NCBI GenBank assembly: GCA_964541225.1
Contig: CAZIPN010000010.1
Span: 15 to 64,014 of the forward strand
Reading direction: 5' to 3'
Origin: an uncultured Eubacteriales bacterium
GTDB taxonomy: Bacteria > Actinomycetota > Coriobacteriia > Anaerosomatales > JAAXUF01
DNA: 64,000 nucleotides
Positions 28,634 through 37,913 of this stretch are shown in pieces. Each line of letters opens with the position of its first letter. Within the stretch, counting starts at the first letter, position 1. The translations under genes were made by a program, and so were the position numbers. The notes under the pieces are model-generated. The model ran no database searches. It was not told where the DNA came from and saw only the letters and a program-made list of their open reading frames with translations.

Positions 28634-30214
28634 TCACCCGCCGACATGCCGCCCGGCTTCTTGGCGCTTCGGGCCCTGGTGCGCAGATGCACCCTCGCGC
28701 TCACCTGCAACGCTCACCTCGACCGCACGCCCAAACGTTTCCTCGAACAGATCCTTCTTCTTGCCGACGCCATACAGCTCCGCGTGTACGTCGCCGTGGC
28801 CCGTCACTTCGAAGCGAACAGTCCTCTTATCGTCGCGAACCGCAACTGACTCCACGTGAGCCCCGCGCCCGCGATCCAGTCCGTCGGCGATGCGCAGAAT
28901 CGCAGCCAGCTGGCGCACGGTCGCGCGATCGGCGGGCTCCAGCGTCGACCACGCCTCATGACTTTTCTTGGGAAGCGCCTTGGTGTGGTAGCGCGCGATT
29001 GCCGCCACCGTCGCCAACTCTCGCCGAGTGAAGCCGGGCAATCCCGAATGCAGAATCAGATGGTGGCTGTGGCGATGGTGGCGATCGTAGGCGACGTAGT
29101 AGCCGACGTCGTGCAGCATCGCCGCCGACTCCAGCAGCCGCCGCGTGCCGACATCGAGGTGCAGCGGCTCGACAAGCTGATCGAAGATCGACAGAGCGAG
29201 CCTGGTGACCTGCTCGGCATGCTGCTCGTCGTAGCGATAGCGCTCCCCGACGCCACGTACGGCGGCCATGTGATCCAGCGCCGGTTCGGCCACGCCGCTC
29301 TCGGCAAGCGCATCGAGCACGATCCCTTCCCGGATCCCACGCGCATTGACGAGCACGCAGCTCGCGCCGAACAGCTTCATCACCTCGGCGAGCACAAGTG
29401 TGCCGGCCAGAATGATGTCGGCGCGCTCAGACGGCATGCCCGGCATCGCGAGACGCTGTTCGAGAGTGGAGTGCGACAAGACGCCGAGAAGCTGCATGAT
29501 CTCGGCACGCTGGAGCTGCACACCCTGGAAGGACTCGTAGCGGCGTCCGCGCATGCCCGCGACGAGACCCGCGATCGTGGTGATTGCGCCGCCCGACCCA
29601 ACGATCGTCTTGATGCCGGGCTCAAGCGGCGTCACACGCTCCCGAAGCGCGCGGCGAACGGCGCGCTTCAACTTCTTAAACGACGCGTCGGTGGGCGGAT
29701 CCTCGGTCAGGTACTGCTCGGTAGTGATGCGCGCGCCGATCGGCAACGACGCAATCGCCACGGGCCGCGTCCGGACACCTTGCACGACTTCGACCGAACC
29801 GCCACCGATGTCGACTACAACGGACGCCGGCATGTCCTTGGCAAGCGCCGCCGCCGAGAGCCACACGAGCCGGCCCTCTTCGCGCGGTGAGACCAGCTTC
29901 ACGTCGAGGCCTACTTCGTCGCGCAGCCGCCGAATGAACTCGGCACCGTTCGAAGCGCGCCTCACAGCCTCCGTCGCGATCGCGTGCACGTCATCCACGC
30001 CAAGATTGCGCCCGATGTCGGTCATCGCCTTGAGTGCGCTCACGGTTCGCTCGACCGCCACGGGGTCGAGCTCGCCCGTTATCGCCAAGCCGTGCCCGAG
30101 GCGCGTCATCTCCTTCTCGTCGTCGATGACGCGATGCGCGCCTGCATCCGGCACCTCCACGACGATCGAGCGCACCGAATTCGTGCCGACGTCGATTGCC
30201 TGCAGCAGCCTCAC
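28634..30214 (-). CDS. ppx: Ppx/GppA exopolyphosphatase with C-terminal HD region
   Basis: IDVGTNSVRSIVVE, VVDIGGGSVEVV, LHDVGYYVAYDRHHRHSHHLI. GTG 30214 forms a GTGA overlap with the CHAD gene stop. Confidence 0.85.
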   Translation of the reverse strand: MRLLQAIDVGTNSVRSIVVEVPDAGAHRVIDDEKEMTRLGHGLAITGELDPVAVERTVSALKAMTDIGRNLGVDDVHAIATEAVRRASNGAEFIRRLRDEVGLDVKLVSPREEGRLVWLSAAALAKDMPASVVVDIGGGSVEVVQGVRTRPVAIASLPIGARITTEQYLTEDPPTDASFKKLKRAVRRALRERVTPLEPGIKTIVGSGGAITTIAGLVAGMRGRRYESFQGVQLQRAEIMQLLGVLSHSTLEQRLAMPGMPSERADIILAGTLVLAEVMKLFGASCVLVNARGIREGIVLDALAESGVAEPALDHMAAVRGVGERYRYDEQHAEQVTRLALSIFDQLVEPLHLDVGTRRLLESAAMLHDVGYYVAYDRHHRHSHHLILHSGLPGFTRRELATVAAIARYHTKALPKKSHEAWSTLEPADRATVRQLAAILRIADGLDRGRGAHVESVAVRDDKRTVRFEVTGHGDVHAELYGVGKKKDLFEETFGRAVEVSVAGEREGASAHQGPKRQEAGRHVGG

Positions 30215-31533
30215 CGGTGCTCCTCGCTCTCGGCGGAATCTGCGCCCAGCGAGGCTGGTTTCGCGTCGGAGGCAGCCTTGGCGACTCGCGGCTTGACGCG
30301 GATGATTGAGGGTTCCGGATGCGCCCATGGCTCCGCGCCGATGACCACCGGCAGCTCGAACGAGAACCCGGCCGAATCAGACCCCCACGGCTGCGCGGAC
30401 GGATCGATCCGTGGCCCGTCGCTCCCGGCGACTGGCACCGGCGGCTCGAGCACAACCGCAGCCGCGGGCTTCTCGGCAGCGGTCGCCTCGGCAGCGGGCT
30501 TCTCGGCGCTCTCGGCAGCGGGCTTCTCGGCGATGCCGTCGCCCTCGCTGCCCTGCGTAGCCCCGCCGTCGCCCTCGGAATCGCCGTCGCCCGAGGACGG
30601 TTCGGGACGCCTCGACAACGGAAGCAGCAGCGCAGCAAGTAGCTCGGGCGCGGGGTGCTCGGCAACGAGCTTCACGAAGCTCACGAACCGCCTGTGCGCC
30701 CGCGCCTCCAGTATCGTGGCGATTTCCTCGACGTCGGCGCGAAGAACCCCAGCGCGGCGCGCATCGCCAATGAGAGACGCGTCGCGAAGCATGTCGAGGA
30801 ACACATGCACGTCGTGCATCTCGCCGAGAACATCCTGAAACGCCGTCAGCGTGTCGTGAAGCGCATCGAAGTCCTCACCGTAGACCGGCGCGAACACCTC
30901 TACCGCGTAGCGCAACCGCTTGAAGTCGATCCTGAGCGCATGCTGCTCGTACACGTTCTCTTCCGAAAGCGCACCCGGAAGGGCGCCGAGAACCGCCGCC
31001 GCGCGCTCGGCGATCGCGGCGTGCGCGAAGTCGGCGAGGGGCCGCTTGACCTCGGCAGACGCACCTACGGCATGAGCCACCCGCCGAAGAGAACGACGCT
31101 GCTTCTCAAGGTCGAGGCGCGCGAGCTCGTGATTGAGACTCGCAAGCTCCCGCTCTCGAACGCCCATTCTGCGTCCCACGAGAAACGCAACCGCTCGGCG
31201 ACCGCCTTCACCCACGTCTTTGGCCAAGCTTGAGAAGTCATCAATGAATACGTCGGAATCGCGCACGGGGCCGAGCGCCCGCGTGATGCGCTTCACTCGG
31301 CGATACCACCGTGCGTACTCGTCGGTCGGATAGAGCGACTCCAGCACACGCATGGTCTCTCGCAACCGCCGAGACGCCACGCGCATGTCGTGAATCGCGT
31401 CCATGTCAGTGCCGCCGGTGGCGGCATTCTCGAGTGCGAAGAGAGGCTCGGCTTTTGCGAGCAGCAGCGAAGGCGCGGCTTCACCAAGGGGAGTCAGGGC
31501 CTGCACTCCGGCCACTGCGAATCGCTGGTCCAC
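30211..31533 (-). CDS. CHAD domain protein with acidic/AEKPAAE-repeat C-terminal extension
   Basis: IHDMRVASRRLRETMRVL and HALRIDFKRLRYAVEVF conserved-His helices. GTG 31533 lies 6 nt after GGAGG; the track ORF starts at 31641. Confidence 0.7.
   Translation of the reverse strand: MDQRFAVAGVQALTPLGEAAPSLLLAKAEPLFALENAATGGTDMDAIHDMRVASRRLRETMRVLESLYPTDEYARWYRRVKRITRALGPVRDSDVFIDDFSSLAKDVGEGGRRAVAFLVGRRMGVRERELASLNHELARLDLEKQRRSLRRVAHAVGASAEVKRPLADFAHAAIAERAAAVLGALPGALSEENVYEQHALRIDFKRLRYAVEVFAPVYGEDFDALHDTLTAFQDVLGEMHDVHVFLDMLRDASLIGDARRAGVLRADVEEIATILEARAHRRFVSFVKLVAEHPAPELLAALLLPLSRRPEPSSGDGDSEGDGGATQGSEGDGIAEKPAAESAEKPAAEATAAEKPAAAVVLEPPVPVAGSDGPRIDPSAQPWGSDSAGFSFELPVVIGAEPWAHPEPSIIRVKPRVAKAASDAKPASLGADSAESEEHR
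30465..30531 (-). repeat. Coding repeat: CGGGCTTCTCGGC x3 (encodes AEKPA x3 in the CHAD tail)
   Basis: Copies at 30465-30477, 30495-30507 and 30519-30531 (periods 30 and 24 nt). Confidence 0.8.
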
Positions 31534-31760
31534 ACGCAACCTCCGTCGAGACAACGAAGGGGCCGGTCTGGCGCGAACGTCGCGCGTGCCGGACCCCCGA
31601 GTACACTCAGCCGTGACGCACGCATGTGACGAGCGCGCCACGCTCTGAACATACCCGAGCCCCGCGTACGATTGGTTAAATCCCGTGTAAACGTGTGGCC
31701 AGCCCGGTGCGATGCGCTAGACCAGGCGAGCCAAGCGCGGCATCGGCGCTGTCGCGCAGC

Positions 31761-32192
31761 CTAGGAAACGGCTTCGGGCGTTCCCTGCGCGACCATGTCG
31801 GCGAGAGTCTGACTGGAGAGAAACCCGCGCAAGACATCAGACGCGGACCGCCACACGGGGTGTACCGGACACACGCCCGAGCGAGAGCAGTTGCCGGGCT
31901 CGTCCACACACACGTTCAGCTGAAGGGACTCTCCGACCGCTCCAAGGACATCCCCGAGCATGATCTGAGCAGGCGGTCGCTTGAGCGCAAAACCACCACT
32001 GCGTCCCCTCCGGGAGTCCAGGACGCCTGCATCGGCAAGACTGCCGAGAATCGTCCGAGCAAGTTCGTAGGGCACATCGCAATCCAGCGCAAGCGACCGA
32101 GCAGACGCCACAGTCCCGTATCCGTGCCCTGCCAATGTGACCATCAACCGTACCGCGTAGTCGGCCTCACGGGTTATTACCACGATGCACAC
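31761..32192 (-). CDS. Rrf2 family transcriptional regulator (probable Fe-S type)
   Basis: Winged-HTH ADYAVRLMVTLA...ELARTILGSLADAGVLDSRRGRSGGFAL. Three-Cys box CVDEPGNCSRSGVC. Confidence 0.8.
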   Translation of the reverse strand: MCIVVITREADYAVRLMVTLAGHGYGTVASARSLALDCDVPYELARTILGSLADAGVLDSRRGRSGGFALKRPPAQIMLGDVLGAVGESLQLNVCVDEPGNCSRSGVCPVHPVWRSASDVLRGFLSSQTLADMVAQGTPEAVS

Positions 32193-32349
32193 CCTTTTGC
32201 ACTATTGCCCGTCGGCCCCCAGACAGGTGCGTATGAATAAGACACCAATACACTAGCAGATATGTGGCGAAAAGTGCTCCCCAATTTTCATTGTTCGTGA
32301 CGCGTGACCATTGATTATGCCGCTGAGGAGCTGCCAAGCGACGCAATTT

Positions 32350-34173
32350 CTACCTTCGGCCCGCTTTCCTGCGTTCGGTTCCCGACAAAATGCGCTTGCG
32401 CAAACGAATACTCTTGGGGGTAATCTCGACCAGCTCGTCGTCCTCGATGTATTCAAGTGCCTCTTCGAGCGTGAACGTCACGGGCGGCGCAAGAATGATG
32501 CCTTTGTCGGCGGAAGCGGCACGCATGTTGGTGAGCTGCTTCGCCTTCGCAACGTTGACGACCAGGTCGCCCTCTTTGGCTGCTTCGCCGACGATCATGC
32601 CCTCGTAGCACATCACTCCGGGCCCCACGAACATCTTGCCTCGCTGCTGCAATGAGTCGAGCGCGAACGCGACGGACTTCTCGGTGGCCATGGCCACCAT
32701 CGACCCGTTCAGCCGACCACCCAAATCGCCCTTGAACTGGCCGTACTCGCTGAAGTGGTGGAAGAGCGTCGCTTCGCCGCGAGTTGCGTTCAAGATACGC
32801 GTTCGCAAGCCCATGACGCCTCGCGAAGGAATCCGGAACTCCAGGTGCACGTGCTCGTCGCGCTGCACCATGTCGGTCATCTCGCCACTGCGCGACCCGA
32901 AGATCTCGATGACCTTGCCTGCGTACTCACTCGGCACGTCAACGACAGCAACCTCGATCGGCTCCAGCTTCTTGCCGCCTTCGTTCTTGATGATGACCTG
33001 CGGGCGACCGACCTGGAACTCGTAGCCCTCTCGGCGCATCGTCTCCATGAGCACCGACAGATGCAGCACGCCTCGGCCGGAAACCTCCATGCCGCCCTTG
33101 TCCTCAGTCTCGACGATGCGCATCGAGATGTTGGAGTCGGCCTCGCGAAGCAGACGCTCCTTGATCTGTCGCCCGCCGACAATGTCGCCCTCCTGGCCGA
33201 CAAGCGGACTCGTACTTGCCGAGAACACGACCGACATCGTCGGCTCTTCGACGTGTATCGCATCAAGAACGACCGGTTCGATCCGGCACGTGAACATGTC
33301 GCCGATGTCGGTGTCTTCGACGCCGACAACCGCGCAAATGTCACCAGCATGCGCACTCTGCGCTTCGGCTCGGCCCATGCCTTCGAAGGTGTAGAGGCTC
33401 TTGACCGTCGCCTGGTAGCGGCTTCCGTCGTTCTTGACCACGAGGATCCGCTCGCCATCGTGCACCGTGCCCGAGAACACCCGCCCGATGCCGATGCGGC
33501 CCACGAAGCTCGAGTAGTCTATCTGGCAGACTTGCATCGCCACCGGTCCGTCCACGTCCACATCCGGCGACGGAATCTGCTCAAGGATGGAGTCCAAGAG
33601 AGGGTCCATCGTGTCGTTGTCGTCGTCGGGCTCGTAGCGAGCGTATCCATTGACCGCGCTGGTGTAGACGACCGGGAAGTCGAGCTGTGAGTCATCGGCA
33701 CCCAAGTCGAGCATCAGCTCGAAGACCTCGTCGATCACCTCATGCGGACGCGCTCCCGGGCGATCGATCTTGTTCACGACTACCATTGGCTTGAGTCCGT
33801 GTTCGAGTGCCTTCTTGAGCACGAAGCGCGTCTGCGGCATCGGGCCGTCGAACGCGTCGACAATGAGCAATGCTCCATCGGCCATCTTCAGGACCCGCTC
33901 GACCTCGCCGCCGAAATCCGCGTGACCTGGCGTGTCGATGACGTTGATCTTCACATCTTTCCAGCGAATCGAAATGTTCTTCGCCAGGATGGTGATGCCG
34001 CGCTCGCGCTCTTGATCGTTGCTGTCGAGCACGCGCTCGGCGACCTGCTGGTTCTCCCGAAACACGTGCGTGGCCTGCAGCAGACGGTCGACCAGCGTCG
34101 TCTTGCCATGGTCGACGTGCGCGATGATGGCGATGTTGCGAATGTCGTTCACGTGCATGGCTATTGGCTCCAT
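32350..34173 (-). CDS. typA: Translational GTPase TypA/BipA
   Basis: [33 protein letters not shown]; collinear with BipA. Start is ATG 34173 or 34158; the track N-terminal extension is not credible. Confidence 0.9.
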   Translation of the reverse strand: MEPIAMHVNDIRNIAIIAHVDHGKTTLVDRLLQATHVFRENQQVAERVLDSNDQERERGITILAKNISIRWKDVKINVIDTPGHADFGGEVERVLKMADGALLIVDAFDGPMPQTRFVLKKALEHGLKPMVVVNKIDRPGARPHEVIDEVFELMLDLGADDSQLDFPVVYTSAVNGYARYEPDDDNDTMDPLLDSILEQIPSPDVDVDGPVAMQVCQIDYSSFVGRIGIGRVFSGTVHDGERILVVKNDGSRYQATVKSLYTFEGMGRAEAQSAHAGDICAVVGVEDTDIGDMFTCRIEPVVLDAIHVEEPTMSVVFSASTSPLVGQEGDIVGGRQIKERLLREADSNISMRIVETEDKGGMEVSGRGVLHLSVLMETMRREGYEFQVGRPQVIIKNEGGKKLEPIEVAVVDVPSEYAGKVIEIFGSRSGEMTDMVQRDEHVHLEFRIPSRGVMGLRTRILNATRGEATLFHHFSEYGQFKGDLGGRLNGSMVAMATEKSVAFALDSLQQRGKMFVGPGVMCYEGMIVGEAAKEGDLVVNVAKAKQLTNMRAASADKGIILAPPVTFTLEEALEYIEDDELVEITPKSIRLRKRILSGTERRKAGRR

Positions 34174-34253
34174 ACGAATGGGTTTTCGCCCCGTGCGGGG
34201 CGAGGACATGAGCGCAAAGCCTACCACGAACGGGCGACTCTCCTCGCCGCGCC

Positions 34254-34784
34254 CTATTCGTCGACAGGCAGTGAGAGATCGAGCAGGCACTTCTTGCTGC
34301 CTGAAGCGCCAATTCGGCTCATGAACTCCAGGTCAAGCCCGGCTCCCTCGAACGTGCCCTCGTCGACAGCTGCGGCAATCTCACACAACGCGTCCACCTC
34401 GGCATCAGGAAGTCCCATACCACGCCACGCCTCGACGAGCGGACACGCCGTCATTCGAAGAACGATGCGACCTGGCGAAGTCTCCTCGACCGCAGGCTCG
34501 AAGAGCTCCCCCTCGCACGGCGAGCCCGTGCAGAAGATGCTGCCGACCTCGACAAGATCGGCCGCTTCCACCGCCGGTCGATACTTGCGCCCGACCTCGA
34601 TCCCTCGCCGATGGATCGCTCGCTTCATCAGTGCCGCAGCCTCATCTTTGCCGAGCTTGGCCAGCAGCTCTTCATAGATGTAGGCGTACATCATCGCGCG
34701 GTTCTCAAACGCCGCGCGCGTCTCGGCACGTGACTTCGCGAGATCGGCCGTAAGTTCGTCGATCGTGCGCTCGTTCTCGCTCAT
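34254..34784 (-). CDS. L-2-amino-thiazoline-4-carboxylic acid hydrolase-like family protein
   Basis: ATG 34784 lies 5 nt after GGAGG. NRAMMYAYIYEEL..., RMTACPLVEAWR and CEIAAAVDEG resemble the ATC_hydrolase family (from memory). Confidence 0.45.
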   Translation of the reverse strand: MSENERTIDELTADLAKSRAETRAAFENRAMMYAYIYEELLAKLGKDEAAALMKRAIHRRGIEVGRKYRPAVEAADLVEVGSIFCTGSPCEGELFEPAVEETSPGRIVLRMTACPLVEAWRGMGLPDAEVDALCEIAAAVDEGTFEGAGLDLEFMSRIGASGSKKCLLDLSLPVDE

Positions 34785-34912
34785 CGAATCCTCCGAAACG
34801 TCGTCAATCCGCCGCAGCACATCTTACCCCGCGTTCGCGCTCAGACCTCTCTCGTGCAACCAGCCCGACCGTCGGCCGCGGCCGTACCCCGTGTGGGGCG
34901 CCGTCCCTGGCC

Positions 34913-36190
34913 TCACTCGGCGGCGTCGCGCGAGATCGGACACGTCATGCAATGGCATCCTCCTCGCCCCTTGCCGAGTTCGGTGCCGTCGACCTCGAGC
35001 ACCTCGACGCCTGCAGCTCGCAAGTTCGCGTTGGTGCGCACGTTGCGCGAGTAGCCCACAACCACACCCGGCTCGAGGGCCACGACGTTGTTCGCGTCGT
35101 TCCACTGTTCGCGCGAGGCCTCGACCGCGTCGCCGCCGGTCGGGATAGTGCGCACCTCACGAATGCCCAGCGCGTCGGCGATCGCGGACAGCACCCCGGC
35201 CTCCTCGGCGATCTCGAAATGATCCTCGCGATCCCCCGGCCGAATGCTGAACACGCGCATGCCGTCGATGACCGGCGGATAGACCGTCACGGCGTCTCGA
35301 TCCACGAAACTCAGCACCGTGTCTAGATGCATGTAGGACCGATCCTGCTGCATGCGACAGACGATCACGCGCTGCGCCGCACCTGCCGAGAACAACGCGC
35401 GAGCCATGTGCTCGACCATTCGCCCGGTGGAGCGCTCGCCCAATCCCACGAGCACCGTGTCATTGCCGATCGGCATGATGTCGCCACCCTCAAGCGATGC
35501 AGTGTAGCCGAAGTCCTCAACTGCGAAGCGCTCGGCGTCCCCCGCCGGCGGATACCAGAACGCGAAGTCCGCCTCGGCGAAACGCGGGTGATGCCGGTAG
35601 ATCTCGGAGATGTGGGAGACCTCAAGTCGCCGAGCGTTGCCAAAGAGCGGCGGCAGGATCACGCCGCCATAGACCCATGCCGACGAATCGCGCGTGAAGA
35701 GCGTGTTGGGCAGCGGCTGCACCACAAACGTGTCCTCATCGGAGAGAGCCGCACCCAGCGAATGCCGATTGAGCTGGCCGATGTCGAGCCCCTCCAGCTC
35801 AGAGAAGAGCAGCCCGCCGACAAGCACCGACGCGAGCTTCTCGGCGCTCAGTGCGAAGAGCCACGTGCGCAGGTCATCCACAAGCGAGAGCCCGACAGTG
35901 AACGACGAGACCGCGCGCTCGACAACGTGCGTGCGCGCGTCATCGGATGCCGCAAGCGTCTCGGCAAGAAGGTTCTCGACGTAGAGCACTTCGGCGCCTC
36001 TATCCCGCAGGATCGCGACGAACTCGTCGTGCTCGCGTTGCGCGCGCTCAACTGCCACGACGTCGTCGAAGAGGAAGTCCTGGCGATTCCTCGGCGTCAG
36101 GCGCGCAAGCCCCGAGCCCGGCCGATGCACGAGCACACTCCTCAGGCGGCCCGTCTCGGAATACACTCCCACCTGCGTCGTCCTCACCAC
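34913..36190 (-). CDS. arcA: Arginine deiminase
   Basis: GVYSETGRLRSVLVHRPG, FTRDS, EGGD and C-terminal GRGGCHCMTCPISRD (catalytic Cys). GTG start. Confidence 0.9.
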   Translation of the reverse strand: MVRTTQVGVYSETGRLRSVLVHRPGSGLARLTPRNRQDFLFDDVVAVERAQREHDEFVAILRDRGAEVLYVENLLAETLAASDDARTHVVERAVSSFTVGLSLVDDLRTWLFALSAEKLASVLVGGLLFSELEGLDIGQLNRHSLGAALSDEDTFVVQPLPNTLFTRDSSAWVYGGVILPPLFGNARRLEVSHISEIYRHHPRFAEADFAFWYPPAGDAERFAVEDFGYTASLEGGDIMPIGNDTVLVGLGERSTGRMVEHMARALFSAGAAQRVIVCRMQQDRSYMHLDTVLSFVDRDAVTVYPPVIDGMRVFSIRPGDREDHFEIAEEAGVLSAIADALGIREVRTIPTGGDAVEASREQWNDANNVVALEPGVVVGYSRNVRTNANLRAAGVEVLEVDGTELGKGRGGCHCMTCPISRDAAE

Positions 36191-36238
36191 CTTCGTGCGT
36201 GTCGCCAGCCGCTCCGGGTGCGCCGCCTCTTCCCCGCG

Positions 36239-36275
36239 TCAGGCGACCCCCACCCTCCGCGCATCAGGCGACCCC
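36239..36275. repeat. Direct repeat TCAGGCGACCCC x2 (25-nt period) in the arcA upstream region
   Basis: Copies at 36239-36250 and 36264-36275, i.e. 49-85 nt upstream of the arcA GTG (36190). Confidence 0.7.
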
Positions 36276-36347
36276 ATGGTATCGCCAGCGCCTCAACAGC
36301 GCACAATCGGCACCCCGCGCGTTCGCGGGCAAGAACGAGTGGAACAC

Positions 36348-36369
36348 GGCACGCGTCGGGCACGCGTCG
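36348..36369. repeat. Tandem 11-mer GGCACGCGTCG x2 in the arcA upstream region
   Basis: Copies at 36348-36358 and 36359-36369, followed by a partial third GGCACGCA at 36376. Confidence 0.7.
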
Positions 36370-36463
36370 ACGTGCGGCACGCACACGATTGGGCGATCAT
36401 GAGCTGACGCTGCCGTGTCGGCCGCATGGCAAGGCGCCCCGGCCGAACGACATCGCGCAACCG

Positions 36464-37021
36464 CTATCTCGGCGGTGAGCATCCGCGCTCAAGCCAGTCC
36501 AGCAAAGTCGCAAGGTAGCGCTCAAGCGTCTCGACGTAGGGCTCGCCGACAAGCTCGCCGCTTTCGTCGAATGCGTCGGCTGCACGCGCCACGGTGAGCT
36601 CCGCTTCTGAGAACACGGGCGCCTTGAAGTAGTACCAGCTTTGACGCCAGTGAAGCTGCCCGCGAAGCGTTCCCATGTACCCGGTGCTCGCACCCATCAC
36701 CGCCATCGGGCGTCCCACAAGTGTCGGATCGCCAGAAGGCCGCGAGAGCCAGTCCACCGCGTTCTTCAGGTAGCCAGGGACGCCGTAGTCGTATTCCGGC
36801 GACACCAGCAAGACGCAGTCGGTGGATTGGATGAGCGCCTTGGCGTCCAGGACCGCAGCGGGCGGGTTCGACTCTTCGTCCTGATCGAAGAACGGGAACT
36901 CACGGATGTCGACTTGGACGATCTCCAGGCCCACCGGAGCTCTCCGTGTAGCACTGTTCAGCAGTTTCTGGTTGTAGCCCTCGCGCCTGCGCGAACCGCA
37001 CATGGCGGCAACCCGAGCCAT
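36464..37021 (-). CDS. NAD(P)H-dependent FMN reductase family protein
   Basis: MARVAAMCGSRRREGYNQKLL, FPFFDQDEE and LVSPEYDYGVPGYLKNAVDW are typical of the family. Confidence 0.7.
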   Translation of the reverse strand: MARVAAMCGSRRREGYNQKLLNSATRRAPVGLEIVQVDIREFPFFDQDEESNPPAAVLDAKALIQSTDCVLLVSPEYDYGVPGYLKNAVDWLSRPSGDPTLVGRPMAVMGASTGYMGTLRGQLHWRQSWYYFKAPVFSEAELTVARAADAFDESGELVGEPYVETLERYLATLLDWLERGCSPPR

Positions 37022-37039
37022 CTCTCCGGTCCCCCTCGG

Positions 37040-37798
37040 CTAGCCGACAACCGCCGATGGCGGGGTCACATCATCATAGATCCTGGCCGAGGCGAGCTTG
37101 CCGCTCGACCCGCGTGTGTAGGCGGCCGCACCCGCTTGAGGCGTCAGACGCTCCGTCCCCCACTGATCCACCAAGAACTCGAAGACGATGGTCTGTCCGT
37201 CGTCGGTCAGCGAACCCAGGTGCAGCTGAATGCCTCCGTCGGCGAGGATCTTCTCATACCACGCCGAGCGATCCGCGCCGCGGTGCGCGTAGGCGGAGCC
37301 GGCTGGCTCGCGTACCACGCCGTCGGGCTCGAACACGGAATCGGCAGCAAGCGCGTCGCCAGCCGACAGCGCCTGATGGTACGTGCCGACAGGCTCGGCG
37401 GGTTCCTCGGCAAGTACATAGCTGGATAGCACCGGGTGGCGCAGCTCGTGCCTGCCGTTCAGCGGCCACGTGCTGTGATAGACGCGCAGATCGCGGATGC
37501 AGTCGTGCGCGATGTCGGCGATGAGCATGACAGGCAACTCGCACTCGCCGTCGTCGAGGGACAGCCACAGCGCAAGTTCGTGGACCGTGCGACCGGGCAC
37601 GCTGGTCGTGCGCACGTCTTCGACTCGAGCCCGATGGGTCGAGAGCCACGCCCGTGTCTCGGCAACGAATTCCGGCGGGAGTTGCTTGCCGCCGAGAGGA
37701 GAATCCACGGTAGCCCGATCGCAGAAGAGCCCGAGGACTCCGACATCCCCGTCGGCAAGCCGGTGATACAACGCACGCACGTCGTCTGCTGTGTCCAT
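37040..37798 (-). CDS. Tandem NTF2/SnoaL-like domain protein
   Basis: Two ~120-aa halves with an SnoaL-like pattern (YHRLADGDV..., YHQALSAGDALAADSVFEPDGVVREP). Function unknown. Confidence 0.4.
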   Translation of the reverse strand: MDTADDVRALYHRLADGDVGVLGLFCDRATVDSPLGGKQLPPEFVAETRAWLSTHRARVEDVRTTSVPGRTVHELALWLSLDDGECELPVMLIADIAHDCIRDLRVYHSTWPLNGRHELRHPVLSSYVLAEEPAEPVGTYHQALSAGDALAADSVFEPDGVVREPAGSAYAHRGADRSAWYEKILADGGIQLHLGSLTDDGQTIVFEFLVDQWGTERLTPQAGAAAYTRGSSGKLASARIYDDVTPPSAVVG

Positions 37799-37913
37799 GA
37801 TCGCTCCCAGGCGTAGGGTGTGTTATTCGGTGTTCCCGAAGACTGGCAACCGGTACACCACATCGTCCAGGAAACTCAAGATCGCCTGCGCAGGGCCGCC
37901 ACGATGCGACGTG

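Noticed and set aside
30465-30531. Short tandem-like DNA repeats, considered as a CRISPR-like or non-coding repeat array.
   Set aside because: There are only three 13-nt copies with irregular spacing. They lie in frame inside the CHAD gene, where they encode AEKPA repeats.
35327-36478. A 383-aa plus-strand ORF opposite arcA. The same applies to 32755-33690 opposite typA, 10095-11135 opposite the helicase, and 9178-10143 opposite the epimerase tail.
   Set aside because: All are antisense to genes with strong family motifs. Their translations are low-complexity and Arg-rich.
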